A DNA stretch of 64,000 nt from an uncultured Gemmatimonadaceae bacterium (GCA_963761305.1 CAVXGK010000002.1:2848001-2912000), one strand, 5' to 3'. Shown: positions 40,472-50,590, counted from the stretch's first letter. Numbers and translations are program-made. Notes: a model not told the origin generated them from the letters alone.

Positions 40472-40737
40472 GGGCGACTCCGGAAAGGGATGTGTCGGCG
40501 GGGAGAGAGTGCACGTCGGTTGCCAGGAGGTTCCAAATCCGCAACTCATTACCGGGACGGCGGTTGCCTCGCAGGCTCGCTCCCGTGACTGGTCCCGTGT
40601 GTCCCGCGGCAGGGACACCGGGTGTCGCCTCCGGCGGGCGCTTTCAGGGCGGACCGAGTCCCGGTAGGCTTCGCCTCTCCGAGGGACGACGACGATCAGC
40701 GAGGGACGGCGAAGCCGGCGGCCAGGAGGATATTCTA

Positions 40738-41229
40738 ATGAGCATCGGTTCATCGATGGTGCCCGAGTTCGACCAGGAAATGACGACCACGCGACGGCTG
40801 CTCGAGCGCGTCCCGTCGGAAAAGGCCGAGTGGAAGCCGCATCCCAAATCGTTCGCGCTCGGACATCTTGCGCAGCTCGTGGCACGCATGCCGGGCTGGA
40901 TCACGATGACCATCGCGCGCCCCGACCTGGACCTCGCCGGCGGCGGCGGATATTCGTTTCAGCCGACCGGCGAACTGCTGGCGCAATTCGACACGCACGT
41001 CGGCGAAGCACGCACCGCGCTGTCCGGCGTGCGCGACGAGGCGTTCGCCGAACCGTGGTCCCTCCGCATGGGCGATCGAGTGCTCTCCACGCTCCCGCGC
41101 GGCGTGGTGGTGCGGACGCACATCAACCATCTCGTGCACCACCGCGGCCAACTCACCGTCTATTTGAGATTGCTCGACGTGCCGATTCCGTCGATCTACG
41201 GACCGACGGCGGACGAACGGTGGGGTTAG
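40738..41229 (+). CDS. DinB family protein
   Basis: AGGAGG RBS; WKPHPKS, HLVHHRGQLTVYLR, PSIYGP. Confidence 0.9.
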   Translation: MSIGSSMVPEFDQEMTTTRRLLERVPSEKAEWKPHPKSFALGHLAQLVARMPGWITMTIARPDLDLAGGGGYSFQPTGELLAQFDTHVGEARTALSGVRDEAFAEPWSLRMGDRVLSTLPRGVVVRTHINHLVHHRGQLTVYLRLLDVPIPSIYGPTADERWG

Positions 41230-41257
41230 AGCCGCGCGGCGGAGCGCGGCCCGGCCC

Positions 41258-42673
41258 TTAGCGATTTCTGAACGTGTACTTCGTCCAGACGACGACCATC
41301 CCGCACTCCGGCGCCCGCCCTGGCGGCAAGAGCTGCGCGGGAACCATCAGCGGGCGCGCGTAGACCTCGATCCCGGCGACTTCATGCGATTGCAGGTCGG
41401 ACAGCGCGTTCGCCGACACCTCGACTCCGTCGAGCAGAATCGTCGGCTGGCAGGCGACTCCCCGGTCGTTCATCGTCGTCAACGAGACGCTGCCGAAGCG
41501 CCGCAGCATGCGAATGCCCGGGACGTCGTTGAACACGTTGATGAAGTCCGGATACCGCGCAATCGACATCGAGTCGAGCACGTAGCCGTTTCCGGCGTGG
41601 CGCCGGACGTCGAACTCCTGGGCCATCACGTGGACGCCCGGCGTCGCCACAGTTCGCATGCCGCTGAGCACGATCGGCCGCCCGAATTGCACCGCCATCC
41701 GCGTCGTGTCGTTGGGAACGACGTCGACCGTCGTCGAGATCGGCGCCACGCCAACGGAGAGGACGTCCATCTGCTGAGTGCCGAGCGGAACGTGGTGCAG
41801 CACGAAATGGCCGTCTTGGTCCGTCCGGACCTCGCGCATGCCCGGGATGGCGACCCGCGCCTCGCCGAACGGCGAGCCGTCCATCTTGCTGACGATGCCG
41901 CTCACCACCCCGACGCGCGACGACGTGGAGTCGGTCGGGCCGACCAGGAGATCGCGCCGTTCGATCCGTCCGGGACGCGGGGCGAGATCGATGTCGCCGC
42001 TCGCCACCGAATCCCGCCGCCCCGCGCCGCCAGCGCGGATGGACATCTCTTCCCAGGTGGGGATGTCGCAAACGCTGTAGTTGCCGCTGTCGTCCGCGAC
42101 ACCCTCGGCGCGCCAAATTCGGCCGCGCACGCGACCGCCTTTCGCCTCGAACTCCGTCCAGCTGATCAGGATGTGCGCGTGCGCCAACGGACGCATCGTC
42201 GTGGCGTCGCGGACCGTGCCGAAGACGAAGCCGCTGTCTTTGGGCACGTGGAGCCCGGCGCATTCGATTCGCCAGAGTGTGCCGAACGACGGAACGCCGA
42301 GGCGAATCTCGTCGCCTTCGCTGACCACCGTCGCCTTGCGCGAGATGCCGGTGAGGCCGAGCGAATCGAGCACGGCGTGCTGGATCGCGAAGGTGTAGTC
42401 GCCCGGCGCGACGCTGTCGAACTGGAAGCGGCCGTGTGAGTCGGTAGTGGTGTTTCTGGCACCGGACTGGCTGCCGAGAATGCTCACGAAGGCGTCGCGG
42501 AGCGGCTCGCGGCGGATGCTGTCGTAGGCGACGCCGTGCACCGGCATGGTCTTCGGGACCGCCTGCGGCGGGGCAGGCGACGGGGAGGCGCGCGGAGTTC
42601 CTTGCGCGGGAGCGCTGCGCGTTGCCACGATGACGCCCAGGAAAGCGGCGCGCAAAACGAGGAACGTCTTCAC
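41258..42673 (-). CDS. Secreted protein with repeated carboxypeptidase-regulatory-like domains and plug-like C-terminus
   Basis: TDSHGRF, DDSGNY, TDQDGHF repeats; CQPTILLDG..IEVY..CGMVVVWTK; start approximate. Confidence 0.72.
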   Translation of the reverse strand: MKTFLVLRAAFLGVIVATRSAPAQGTPRASPSPAPPQAVPKTMPVHGVAYDSIRREPLRDAFVSILGSQSGARNTTTDSHGRFQFDSVAPGDYTFAIQHAVLDSLGLTGISRKATVVSEGDEIRLGVPSFGTLWRIECAGLHVPKDSGFVFGTVRDATTMRPLAHAHILISWTEFEAKGGRVRGRIWRAEGVADDSGNYSVCDIPTWEEMSIRAGGAGRRDSVASGDIDLAPRPGRIERRDLLVGPTDSTSSRVGVVSGIVSKMDGSPFGEARVAIPGMREVRTDQDGHFVLHHVPLGTQQMDVLSVGVAPISTTVDVVPNDTTRMAVQFGRPIVLSGMRTVATPGVHVMAQEFDVRRHAGNGYVLDSMSIARYPDFINVFNDVPGIRMLRRFGSVSLTTMNDRGVACQPTILLDGVEVSANALSDLQSHEVAGIEVYARPLMVPAQLLPPGRAPECGMVVVWTKYTFRNR

Positions 42674-42873
42674 GAGCAGAGTTCCGCCCGGGTGGGGTGC
42701 GGTCGATATTGTATACACGGCATCTCGACGGACCGCAAGATCATTGCGTGACTCCCGATCCCACCGGGATGAATCATGCCACCTCGCCAAGCGTTCACGC
42801 CGGGGTCGTCGCTGTTGGTGCGCGGCGCTATTGTAAGTTCGACCGACTTGCGAACAGATTCGTCAACGCCGAC

Positions 42874-43764
42874 ATGTCTTCACCCGCCTCAATCCTCAGT
42901 CTGGTCGCATCCCTCGAGCTTCGCCTGGGAAATGGCTATGCCATCGAGGGCGAGGTCGCCAAGGGCGGTATGTCGCGGATCTACTCCGCCAGGCGATCGG
43001 ATACGCGAGATCGCATCGCCATCAAGGTGATGGTCGACCGTCTCAGCGGCGCGTCGGGACCGGAGCGGCTCGAGCTCGAGGAACGGTTTCTTCTGGAGAT
43101 GCAGGTGCTCCAGAAGCTCAACCACCCGCGCATTCCGGCGGTGCTCTCGTCGGGCGACGTCGGCGGCGCGCTGTACTACACCATGCCGTTCGTCGAGGGC
43201 GAATCGCTGCGCTCGCGACTCAAGCGCAAGGACGACATCTCCGTGCGCGATGCGCTGCTCTTCACGCGCGACGTCGCCGACGCGTTGGCGCACGTGCACG
43301 AGAACGGCATCATCCATCGCGACGTCAAGCCGGACAACCTGATGTTGTCGCCGACCGGCGTCTGGCTGCTCGACTTCGGCATCGCCAGAGCGCCGGCCTT
43401 CAACCAGGCCGACGCCGGTTTCGAAAAGCCCAGGTACATCATGGGCACGCCGGAGTACACGAGCCCGGAGCGTCTCACGGCCCGCGTCGTGGAGGACGCG
43501 CGATCGGATCTGTTTTCGCTCGGGTGCGTGTTCTACGAAATGCTCTCCGGGCGGCCGCCGTTTCCGCACGGCCTGCGCGACGCGATGAAGAAGCACGCGC
43601 CGACCTTGCCGATCGATCTCGCGCCGCTGCCACCGAATCTTCCCGACGAAGTGATCGGTCTGCTGCGCCGGTCGATCGCGTTGCATCCGTCCGATCGCTT
43701 CGTGAACGCGACCGCCATGCTCGCCGCCGCCGACAGCGCGGCCAAGCAGGTCGGCTTCGACTGA
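42874..43764 (+). CDS. Stand-alone Ser/Thr protein kinase
   Basis: [31 protein letters not shown]. Confidence 0.9.
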   Translation: MSSPASILSLVASLELRLGNGYAIEGEVAKGGMSRIYSARRSDTRDRIAIKVMVDRLSGASGPERLELEERFLLEMQVLQKLNHPRIPAVLSSGDVGGALYYTMPFVEGESLRSRLKRKDDISVRDALLFTRDVADALAHVHENGIIHRDVKPDNLMLSPTGVWLLDFGIARAPAFNQADAGFEKPRYIMGTPEYTSPERLTARVVEDARSDLFSLGCVFYEMLSGRPPFPHGLRDAMKKHAPTLPIDLAPLPPNLPDEVIGLLRRSIALHPSDRFVNATAMLAAADSAAKQVGFD

Positions 43765-43787
43765 TTTCCGTTCGAGGATCGTCAACG

Positions 43788-44324
43788 ATGAACGAATCCA
43801 ACTTCACCCGGCGCGATTTCGTGGCGGCGATCGTCACGCTCCCCGCGCTGGCCGCGTTGCGCAGCCGCGCCACCGACGAGGTCGAGATCGTCGAGTTCAC
43901 CGACGCCGGCGTGCGCCAAGGGAAGGTTCACGTGGCGAAAGTCGTGAAATCAGACGGCGAGTGGCGGAGCCAACTGTCGCCGATCTCGTACCAGATCACC
44001 CGCCAGCACGGCACCGAGCGCGCGTTCACCGGACCATATTGGGATCTGCACGACCACGGGATCTTCCGCTGCGTCTGCTGCGGCAACGCGTTGTTCGCGT
44101 CGGCGGCGAAATTCGATTCCGGCACCGGATGGCCGAGCTTCTGGCAACCGATCGCCGAGGAGAACGTGCACCACGGCACGCCGAGCCACGGCTACACCGA
44201 AAGCGAAGTCACTTGCCGGCGCTGCGACGCGCACCTCGGTGATCTCTTCGACGACGGGCCGAAACCGACGGGGCTTCGATATTGCATCGACTCCGTGGCA
44301 CTGCGCTTCGTGAAGTTCGCCTGA
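43788..44324 (+). CDS. msrB: MsrB, Tat signal, zinc-binding type
   Basis: TRRDF Tat motif; CVCC and [18 protein letters not shown]. Confidence 0.9.
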   Translation: MNESNFTRRDFVAAIVTLPALAALRSRATDEVEIVEFTDAGVRQGKVHVAKVVKSDGEWRSQLSPISYQITRQHGTERAFTGPYWDLHDHGIFRCVCCGNALFASAAKFDSGTGWPSFWQPIAEENVHHGTPSHGYTESEVTCRRCDAHLGDLFDDGPKPTGLRYCIDSVALRFVKFA

Positions 44325-44382
44325 ATCGCGCCGACGGGCCGGAGGGGCGATCGCCGGCGCGTGGATTGGGAGTGGTGGCGCG

Positions 44383-44988
44383 ATGAACTTCTTGCGACGG
44401 TTGCGCGATGCGCTCGGCGAGACTCGGGCTCCGGCGAATTCGTCCGGTGGCGAGGCCTACGCCATTCGGGGCTTCACCGTTTTCGTCGACAACACGCGCC
44501 CCGACATCGAGACGCGAGCGGTGCTCGAACGATTCGACGAGGCGTTGGCGTTGATCGAGCGGGCGCAGCCGTGGCGGCTCGCCCACATGCGACGCGACCT
44601 CTCGCGGTTTCTCATCATCCGGTATCCGTGTCGCGGCGCGTTCTTCCCGCACACGCGGGAGTGCATGACGGAGCTCACGTTCCTCGCCCGGCGCGACATC
44701 TCGGCGGCGCCAGTCGCGGCGTCGATTCTCCACGAGGGAATTCACGCGCGCGTCCACGGGATGGGTGTGCGGCCGGAGTCGAAGGATCCGGCGCGCGAAG
44801 AGCGCATCTGCCGGCAGGCCGAGCTCGAGTTCGGGCTGGGGCTGCCGCCGCAGTTGGGAGCGCCCGTCGTCGAACGCGCGAAGCTCAGCCTCGAGCTGGC
44901 CGACGAAGAGGTGGCGCCGGCCGTGGATTGGAACGTGGCGATGGAACGACAAGCGGCGATCGATCGCGCCGCCGCGCGACCCGATTGA
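44383..44988 (+). CDS. Hypothetical protein with HExxH motif
   Basis: ILHEGIH followed by EE..C. Confidence 0.6.
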   Translation: MNFLRRLRDALGETRAPANSSGGEAYAIRGFTVFVDNTRPDIETRAVLERFDEALALIERAQPWRLAHMRRDLSRFLIIRYPCRGAFFPHTRECMTELTFLARRDISAAPVAASILHEGIHARVHGMGVRPESKDPAREERICRQAELEFGLGLPPQLGAPVVERAKLSLELADEEVAPAVDWNVAMERQAAIDRAAARPD

Positions 44989-45044
44989 GAGATCTCTCCA
45001 GCGGTCGTGCTCGCTGGACAACCGGATGAGGCCGAGGCAAGCTT

Positions 45045-47735
45045 GTGGGTCCACCCAGGCCTGCTGTGTCCGCGTCGTCCTCTGATTCGAGTGCCCCCAC
45101 GGGCCCTGCTGCGTCGCCGGATCTCGTCGAGGCGCTGCGCGACCGCTACGAGATCGTGCGCGAAGCCGGACGGGGCGCGTCGGCGATCGTGTATTTCGCG
45201 CGCGACCTGAGACACCATCGCGCCGTCGCGCTCAAAGCGCTGAACCCCGACGTGAGCGCCGTCGCCGGGGAGCGTTTTCTCCGCGAGATCGAAGTGTCGG
45301 CGGGCATGCAGCATCCGCACATCCTGCCGACGTACGATTCCGGAATCGCGGTCGGACGGCTGTACTTCGTCATGCCGTTCGTCGAGGGCGGATCGCTGCG
45401 GCAGCGGCTCGACAAGGAGCCGAAGCTTCCGCTGGAGGAGGCGCTTCGCTACGCGCACGAAGTCGCGGTCGCCATCGCGTTCGCGCACGACCGCGGGATC
45501 GTGCATCGGGACGTCAAGCCGGAGAACATTCTCTTCTATCACGACCACGCGTGCCTCGCCGACTTCGGGTTGGCGCGCGCGATGGAGGAGATCGACGTTC
45601 GCGTCACCGCGCACGGCATGGTGGTGGGCACACCGGCCTACATGAGTCCCGAGCAGCTCAGCGACGGCGAGTTCGACGGCCGCAGCGACGTGTACTCGTT
45701 GGCCTGCGTGTTGTACGAGATGCTCGCCGGGAAGCACGCGTTTTCGGGAACCACGCCAAGGGAATTGCTTCGCCAGCGGCTGCGCGAACCACCCGCTCCG
45801 ATCCGCGACCTGCGCTCGGACGTGCCGGCATCGGTGGACGCGCTCCTGCAGCGCGCGTTGGCGCGCTCACGCGACGACCGTTTCCAGAATGCTCATGAGC
45901 TGGCCGCGGCGATCGAGGACGCGCGCTTCGAGATCTCGACCGGACGGGCGGCGACGCGAAAGCGCGTGCGTGCGCTGCGTCCGCTGCGGCGTCCGTTGAT
46001 CTGGGCCGGCGCGACGGTTCTCGCGCTGGCCCTCACCGCGCTCATGACGCCGCCGATTCGAACGGCCGTGGCGAACAACCGTGCCGAGGCGAGCGCGCGC
46101 TCGGCCGCCGTGGCGCAGGTGCGTGCGGCGGAGCAGCTCCAACTCACGCATCGCGTCGGCACGCAGGATTTTGGCATGGCCGTGTCGCGCCTCGTTCGCG
46201 CGCGTTCGCGCTTGCGAGGGCGAGATTCAGTCTACGCCGAAGGATTGATCGCGCTCGGGAACGGCGCGTACCAAACCGCCTGCGGGGCATTCGAGCGAAT
46301 GCGCGCGTCCGACTCGCTCGACGCGATGGCGTGGTACGCGCTCGGCGACTGCCAGGCGCTCGACTCGGCGGTGGTGCGCGACGCGAAGAGCGCCTCGGGA
46401 TGGCGATTCCGCACGAGCTGGTCGGCGGCCGCGCGCGACTACATCCGTGCCGCTACGCTGTCACAACCGTCGAATCGCGCGCTGACTTACGTGATGCTCG
46501 CCAGTCTGCTGCCGATCTCTCCGGTCCAGATGCGGCTCGGGCGTTCCGTCGAAGGCACTCCCCAGATCTTCGCGGCGCATCCGTCGTCCGAGGGCGACTC
46601 GGTCGCGTTCGTACCGTTCCCGCTCGCCGACATCGTGGCGGCGAAATCGGCCGCGATCTCACCGTCCCTTCCGGAGGCGTTGCGACTCAATCGCGACCTG
46701 TTCGTGAACGCCGCGCGCCGCTGGAGCGCCGCGTTTCCCGACAATCCGGATGCGTTCGAGGCGTTGGCCGCGGGACTCGAGGCGCGTGGGGAGATCGGCG
46801 CGGGCGACGACGGCGCCGGCGGCGCACTGCGGAAGGCGCGTTCGCTCGCGCAGGCCCCGGACGCGCGCGTGCGACTCGCGACCAGCGAGGTCCGGCTGCG
46901 CATCAAACGAGGAGAGCTCGAGTCGGCGATAGGCCTCGCCGACTCGCTGCTCACCGCGAGTCCCTCAGCCGCTCCGCCGTCCCGGGATCAGGCGGCGAGG
47001 CTCGTCGGACTCGCCGCGCTGACCGGCCGCGTTGCGCGACAGAGCGAATTGAGCACGATCGCGTTCGCATCGCGCAACGCCGATGGGGGAATCGCACCGC
47101 AACTCACGGCGCCGGCGAGTCGGTTGTTCGCGCGCGCCGCCTCGGGCATCTGCGACGATTCGCTGCTCGTGTTGCGCCGGGACCTCGAGACCGCTCTCGA
47201 GAGTTACAGCCAACCGATTCGCCGCACGCAGTTCATTCGGACGTTGATCACGCGACCGATGTCGCTCGCGTATCCGTGCTTCGGCGCCAAGGCGTTCGAC
47301 GGTTTGCCGCCGTACGTGTCGCTCGACATCGCGGAGCGTGCCGCCTTGCGCGGCGACCGCCGCCGCGCCGCCGGGACCCTCGACTCGCTCGAAGCCGTGC
47401 GCCGCGTCTCTCTTCCCGGGGAGATTCCGCTCGACGCCGTGGTTCAGGAAGCGAGAGTGCGAGCGTCGATCGGCGACACGGCGAGCGCGATCCGGCAGCT
47501 CGACCGCGTACTCCGTGCTCTGCCGACGCTGTCGCCGTTCGCGATTCGCGAGGAGGCGCAGGCCGCGGCCTTCGGCCGCGCGTTTCTGCTGCGCGCCGAG
47601 TTGGCGCGTGCGACCGGAGACGCCGCCGAGCAGCAGTTCAGAGCGCGCCAGGCGCTGGTCGTGTGGCAGCACGCCGACGCCTCGTTCGCGCCGACGATCG
47701 AGCGCTTGCGCGTCCTCGCCTCTGGGGTGCGATAA
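45045..47735 (+). CDS. Membrane-anchored Ser/Thr kinase with helical/TPR-like C-terminus
   Basis: GRGASAIVY, HRDVKPEN, DFG, GTPAYMSPE; one TM; start approximate. Confidence 0.88.
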   Translation: MGPPRPAVSASSSDSSAPTGPAASPDLVEALRDRYEIVREAGRGASAIVYFARDLRHHRAVALKALNPDVSAVAGERFLREIEVSAGMQHPHILPTYDSGIAVGRLYFVMPFVEGGSLRQRLDKEPKLPLEEALRYAHEVAVAIAFAHDRGIVHRDVKPENILFYHDHACLADFGLARAMEEIDVRVTAHGMVVGTPAYMSPEQLSDGEFDGRSDVYSLACVLYEMLAGKHAFSGTTPRELLRQRLREPPAPIRDLRSDVPASVDALLQRALARSRDDRFQNAHELAAAIEDARFEISTGRAATRKRVRALRPLRRPLIWAGATVLALALTALMTPPIRTAVANNRAEASARSAAVAQVRAAEQLQLTHRVGTQDFGMAVSRLVRARSRLRGRDSVYAEGLIALGNGAYQTACGAFERMRASDSLDAMAWYALGDCQALDSAVVRDAKSASGWRFRTSWSAAARDYIRAATLSQPSNRALTYVMLASLLPISPVQMRLGRSVEGTPQIFAAHPSSEGDSVAFVPFPLADIVAAKSAAISPSLPEALRLNRDLFVNAARRWSAAFPDNPDAFEALAAGLEARGEIGAGDDGAGGALRKARSLAQAPDARVRLATSEVRLRIKRGELESAIGLADSLLTASPSAAPPSRDQAARLVGLAALTGRVARQSELSTIAFASRNADGGIAPQLTAPASRLFARAASGICDDSLLVLRRDLETALESYSQPIRRTQFIRTLITRPMSLAYPCFGAKAFDGLPPYVSLDIAERAALRGDRRRAAGTLDSLEAVRRVSLPGEIPLDAVVQEARVRASIGDTASAIRQLDRVLRALPTLSPFAIREEAQAAAFGRAFLLRAELARATGDAAEQQFRARQALVVWQHADASFAPTIERLRVLASGVR

Positions 47736-47852
47736 TTCGCAGAAGCGGACGCGGCGGCCCGCGTCCGAATTTCGTCGGGCATTCACATCCGAGAGCCGGG
47801 ACATCGCCTATTGCGCGGCGTCGCGGCGCCGAACCTTCACGCAGGAGAACGA

Positions 47853-48599
47853 GTGACGCTGCGATCCACGTGGATGGGCTCGCGGGCAATAGCAGCCGGA
47901 CTTGTGGTCTTTGTTGTCGTCGCGTGCAGCGGAAGCGAGAAATCGCCGAAGGCGGGATCGAGCGCCGCGGCGGCGCCGCCTGCCGCCGCGGTCGCGTCGC
48001 TGCCCGGCGCGCTCGCGAAGCCCATCGGCCAATACAGCGGGGACGAGTTCTACGCGCTCACTCGTCAATTGCAGTTCGGCGGCGGCGGCGAACATCAGCG
48101 GCCGTGCCGCGGGCGGGCCGGATGCCGCGGCGCCAACGCGCGTGAATTCACGCGCATCCAGGTGGACGGCGTCGCCGGCGACGACTCGCTCAGCGCGACG
48201 AACCTCCCGGCAAACGGCGCGATCGCCGTCCGCGCGTTGAACCACGGCCGGTTCGCGGACTCGTTGTACAACATGCGTCCGGGCGCCGCGTATGAGAATT
48301 ATCTCATCGTCCTGCCGACGCCGAACAGCGCCAGCGCGTCGTGGGTGCTCGAAGAGCTCACGACGACCGACGGCTCCCGCACGCACCAGACGATCGCCAA
48401 GGGCACGCTGCGCGAATGCACGGGCCCCGGCCATTCGTTCCAACGCGGACCGCGAGCGGACTTCAAGACGTGCGAACAGGCCGCCCAAGTGCGGCCGGCA
48501 TCATTCGGGTCGATGCTTCAGGGCGACATCGGTCCGCCGATCTGGTTCGGCTGTGCGTTCGGCTGCTGCACGGCCGATCCGCCGGGCCTCCGCGGGTGA
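47853..48599 (+). CDS. Cys-rich hypothetical lipoprotein
   Basis: AGGAG RBS; lipobox VVAC; CRGRAGC, WFGCAFGCC. Confidence 0.7.
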   Translation: MTLRSTWMGSRAIAAGLVVFVVVACSGSEKSPKAGSSAAAAPPAAAVASLPGALAKPIGQYSGDEFYALTRQLQFGGGGEHQRPCRGRAGCRGANAREFTRIQVDGVAGDDSLSATNLPANGAIAVRALNHGRFADSLYNMRPGAAYENYLIVLPTPNSASASWVLEELTTTDGSRTHQTIAKGTLRECTGPGHSFQRGPRADFKTCEQAAQVRPASFGSMLQGDIGPPIWFGCAFGCCTADPPGLRG

Positions 48600-48603
48600 C
48601 GCG

Positions 48604-49125
48604 ATGATCGAGCTGCGATCGCGCGAGTGCGTCGTTCGGACGTTTCGGCCCGAGGACGCGGCGAGCCTGGCGCGCCACGGCAACAACCGGCGCATCTGGG
48701 AGAACTTGCGCGATCGCTTCCCGCATCCGTACACCGAGGCACATGCCTCCGGCTACATCGCGCACTTGTTGAGCAGCCACGACGACGAGCCGAGCTTCGC
48801 CATCGAAGTCGATGGTGAAGCGGTTGGCGGCATCAGCCTCCAGCCGGGCATCGACGTCGAGCGCGTCAGCGCCGAGATCGGCTACTGGCTCGGCGAGTCG
48901 GTGTGGGGACGCGGCGTTGCGACGTCGGCGATCCGTCTGGTGACCGACTACGGGTTCACTCGGCGCCGGCTCGAGCGCGTATTCGCCGTTCCGTTCGTGA
49001 CGAACGTCGCGTCATGCCGGGTCCTCGAGAAGGCGGGATACCAACGCGAAGGGACGATGCGGCGCAGCGCGATCAAGGACGGCCGCATCATGGACCAGCA
49101 TCTGTACGCGAAGACGCGAAACTGA
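48604..49125 (+). CDS. GNAT acetyltransferase (RimJ/RimL family)
   Basis: AEIGYWLG, WGRGVAT, NVASCRVLEKAG. Confidence 0.9.
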   Translation: MIELRSRECVVRTFRPEDAASLARHGNNRRIWENLRDRFPHPYTEAHASGYIAHLLSSHDDEPSFAIEVDGEAVGGISLQPGIDVERVSAEIGYWLGESVWGRGVATSAIRLVTDYGFTRRRLERVFAVPFVTNVASCRVLEKAGYQREGTMRRSAIKDGRIMDQHLYAKTRN

Positions 49126-49736
49126 TGGGAGACGCGAAGCGCTACATGAAAATCGCGAGTGTAGTGGTCCTGACCTGCGCCGTGATCGCGGGCTGTTCGG
49201 GCGACGAGACGCGCGGTGACTCGCACGAAGCCGGAGCGAGCGCCGCGGGGACCGTGATGAGCGCGGCCGAGTTCAGCTCGGCCACGAAGTACCTGGGGAT
49301 TCGCTACGACTCGCTGCCGCCGGCGTTCACGTTCGTGGCGGGCGCGTTGCTGCCCGGATCGTCTGGCGCGGGCGCAGCCGGGTTCGACCTCGATCTGGTG
49401 CGCACGCCTCGCGGCAACATGCTTTGGTTGGATTCGATCGTCGCCGTGTCTCCGCGCGGACGTCCGAGCCTCGTGGTGCGCGCCGAGCTCAAGGTGCCGC
49501 CGCTCGCCGCGGACGAACGGCTCATGATGTCGACGTGCGACGTGGATGGACACGTGGATCCACGTGTCGTGGCGATCGTGGTCATCGGGCCGGGTGTCGC
49601 GCAGTTCCCGCCCGTGCGCCAAGCGTGGCGAGCCAATGCGACGACTGGGGTGTTCGACGTGATCCCTGTCACAGGAGTCGCTTGCGGCCAAACGGAATCG
49701 TCAGCGACGACGACCGATAGTCGCGTCGTTCCTTGA
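49125..49736 (+). CDS. Hypothetical lipoprotein
   Basis: TGATG overlap with GNAT stop; lipobox IAGC. Confidence 0.65.
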   Translation: MGDAKRYMKIASVVVLTCAVIAGCSGDETRGDSHEAGASAAGTVMSAAEFSSATKYLGIRYDSLPPAFTFVAGALLPGSSGAGAAGFDLDLVRTPRGNMLWLDSIVAVSPRGRPSLVVRAELKVPPLAADERLMMSTCDVDGHVDPRVVAIVVIGPGVAQFPPVRQAWRANATTGVFDVIPVTGVACGQTESSATTTDSRVVP

Positions 49737-49762
49737 CAACCCCGCCATTCACGTATTAGAAT
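49733..49762 (+). promoter_or_regulatory. Near-consensus sigma-70 promoter
   Basis: TTGACA-N18-TAGAAT. Confidence 0.6.
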
Positions 49763-49909
49763 GGCTTTACAGGGAGTCGCGTCCCGATGGTAGTTCGTCG
49801 TTCCTCATGCCTCGGCGTGGAGCGGCCTGATCGATGCCAAGTGCATCGACCTGAACATCGGCGGCGCGACTTTTCGTTTTCCGGCAGTTCGACTCACACT
49901 TTCGACTCG

Positions 49910-50098
49910 ATGATTCGATCCGCGACTCATGTCCTCGCCGTCACGCGCCAGCCGGCCTTTGCCGTCTCGGCCGACAGCTGGCGCGCGCCGGTGAGCGTCG
50001 TGGGCAGTCAGGCGCAAATCGACGATCGGAGTTCCATGCTCGAATCGCAGCGAAGCACAACTGACGCAGGCAGTTGGACCGGAGCACCGGCGCGATAG
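49910..50098 (+). CDS. Possible 62 aa small ORF
   Basis: Lies between promoter and terminator; no clear RBS or motif. Confidence 0.35.
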   Translation: MIRSATHVLAVTRQPAFAVSADSWRAPVSVVGSQAQIDDRSSMLESQRSTTDAGSWTGAPAR

Positions 50099-50125
50099 CG
50101 CACTCCGAGCCGACACGGGCAAACC

Positions 50126-50170
50126 ACCGCCCCGCCTGCGCAGAGCGCGCGGCGGGGCGGTTTTGTTTTT
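50126..50170 (+). terminator. Rho-independent terminator
   Basis: ACCGCCCCGCC...GGCGGGGCGGT followed by TTTGTTTTT. Confidence 0.8.
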
Positions 50171-50371
50171 GGGGAGGGGGTTGGAAAACTCTTCACGGGG
50201 AGGAACGTCCTGATGGGAACAATGCAACGAATGGCCGACCAGGCATGACGCTCGGATAGCTGGACACGCGACTCCCCTATCCGGTACGCGTCCGCTGCCT
50301 GGCCGAGCCTTCGTTTAACAGGTGAAGAAAAGTCCGATGACCGGCGCGTATGGGCCTTAGCCGCGCGCCGT

Positions 50372-50492
50372 CCGGGTCGAGCTCGTGAAATACAAGGAGC
50401 ACGGCGCCGCCGCACGATCATCCCATGGGCCGAAAGCCGGGACCGTGCGGGCCAACGTCGCCGCGTAGTGGGTGTGAGTCCCGCCGGCCCGG
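50372..50492 (+). ncRNA. tRNA-like cloverleaf RNA (not a canonical tRNA)
   Basis: 8 bp closing stem, GCTC/GAGC D-like stem, CGGCG/CGCCG arm with large insert, GTGGG-TGTGAGT-CCCGC T-like arm. Confidence 0.35.
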
Positions 50493-50590
50493 TCTGGCTG
50501 TGTCGCCCGTCGCAACCCGCGGCGGGCGCGCTCCGTATTGCGTTCGGATGCACAGCGTTCGACACGCCACCAGGGCCACGGACGGATTCC

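Noticed and set aside
49769..49880. 6S RNA
   Set aside because: GTTC/CCTGAAC resemblance only; fold is ~105 nt, too short to call without a covariance search.
50372..50492. Canonical tRNA, tRNA-Sec, or c-di-GMP/cobalamin riboswitch
   Set aside because: No 7 nt anticodon loop, TTC or CCA; riboswitch consensus blocks not found by eye.
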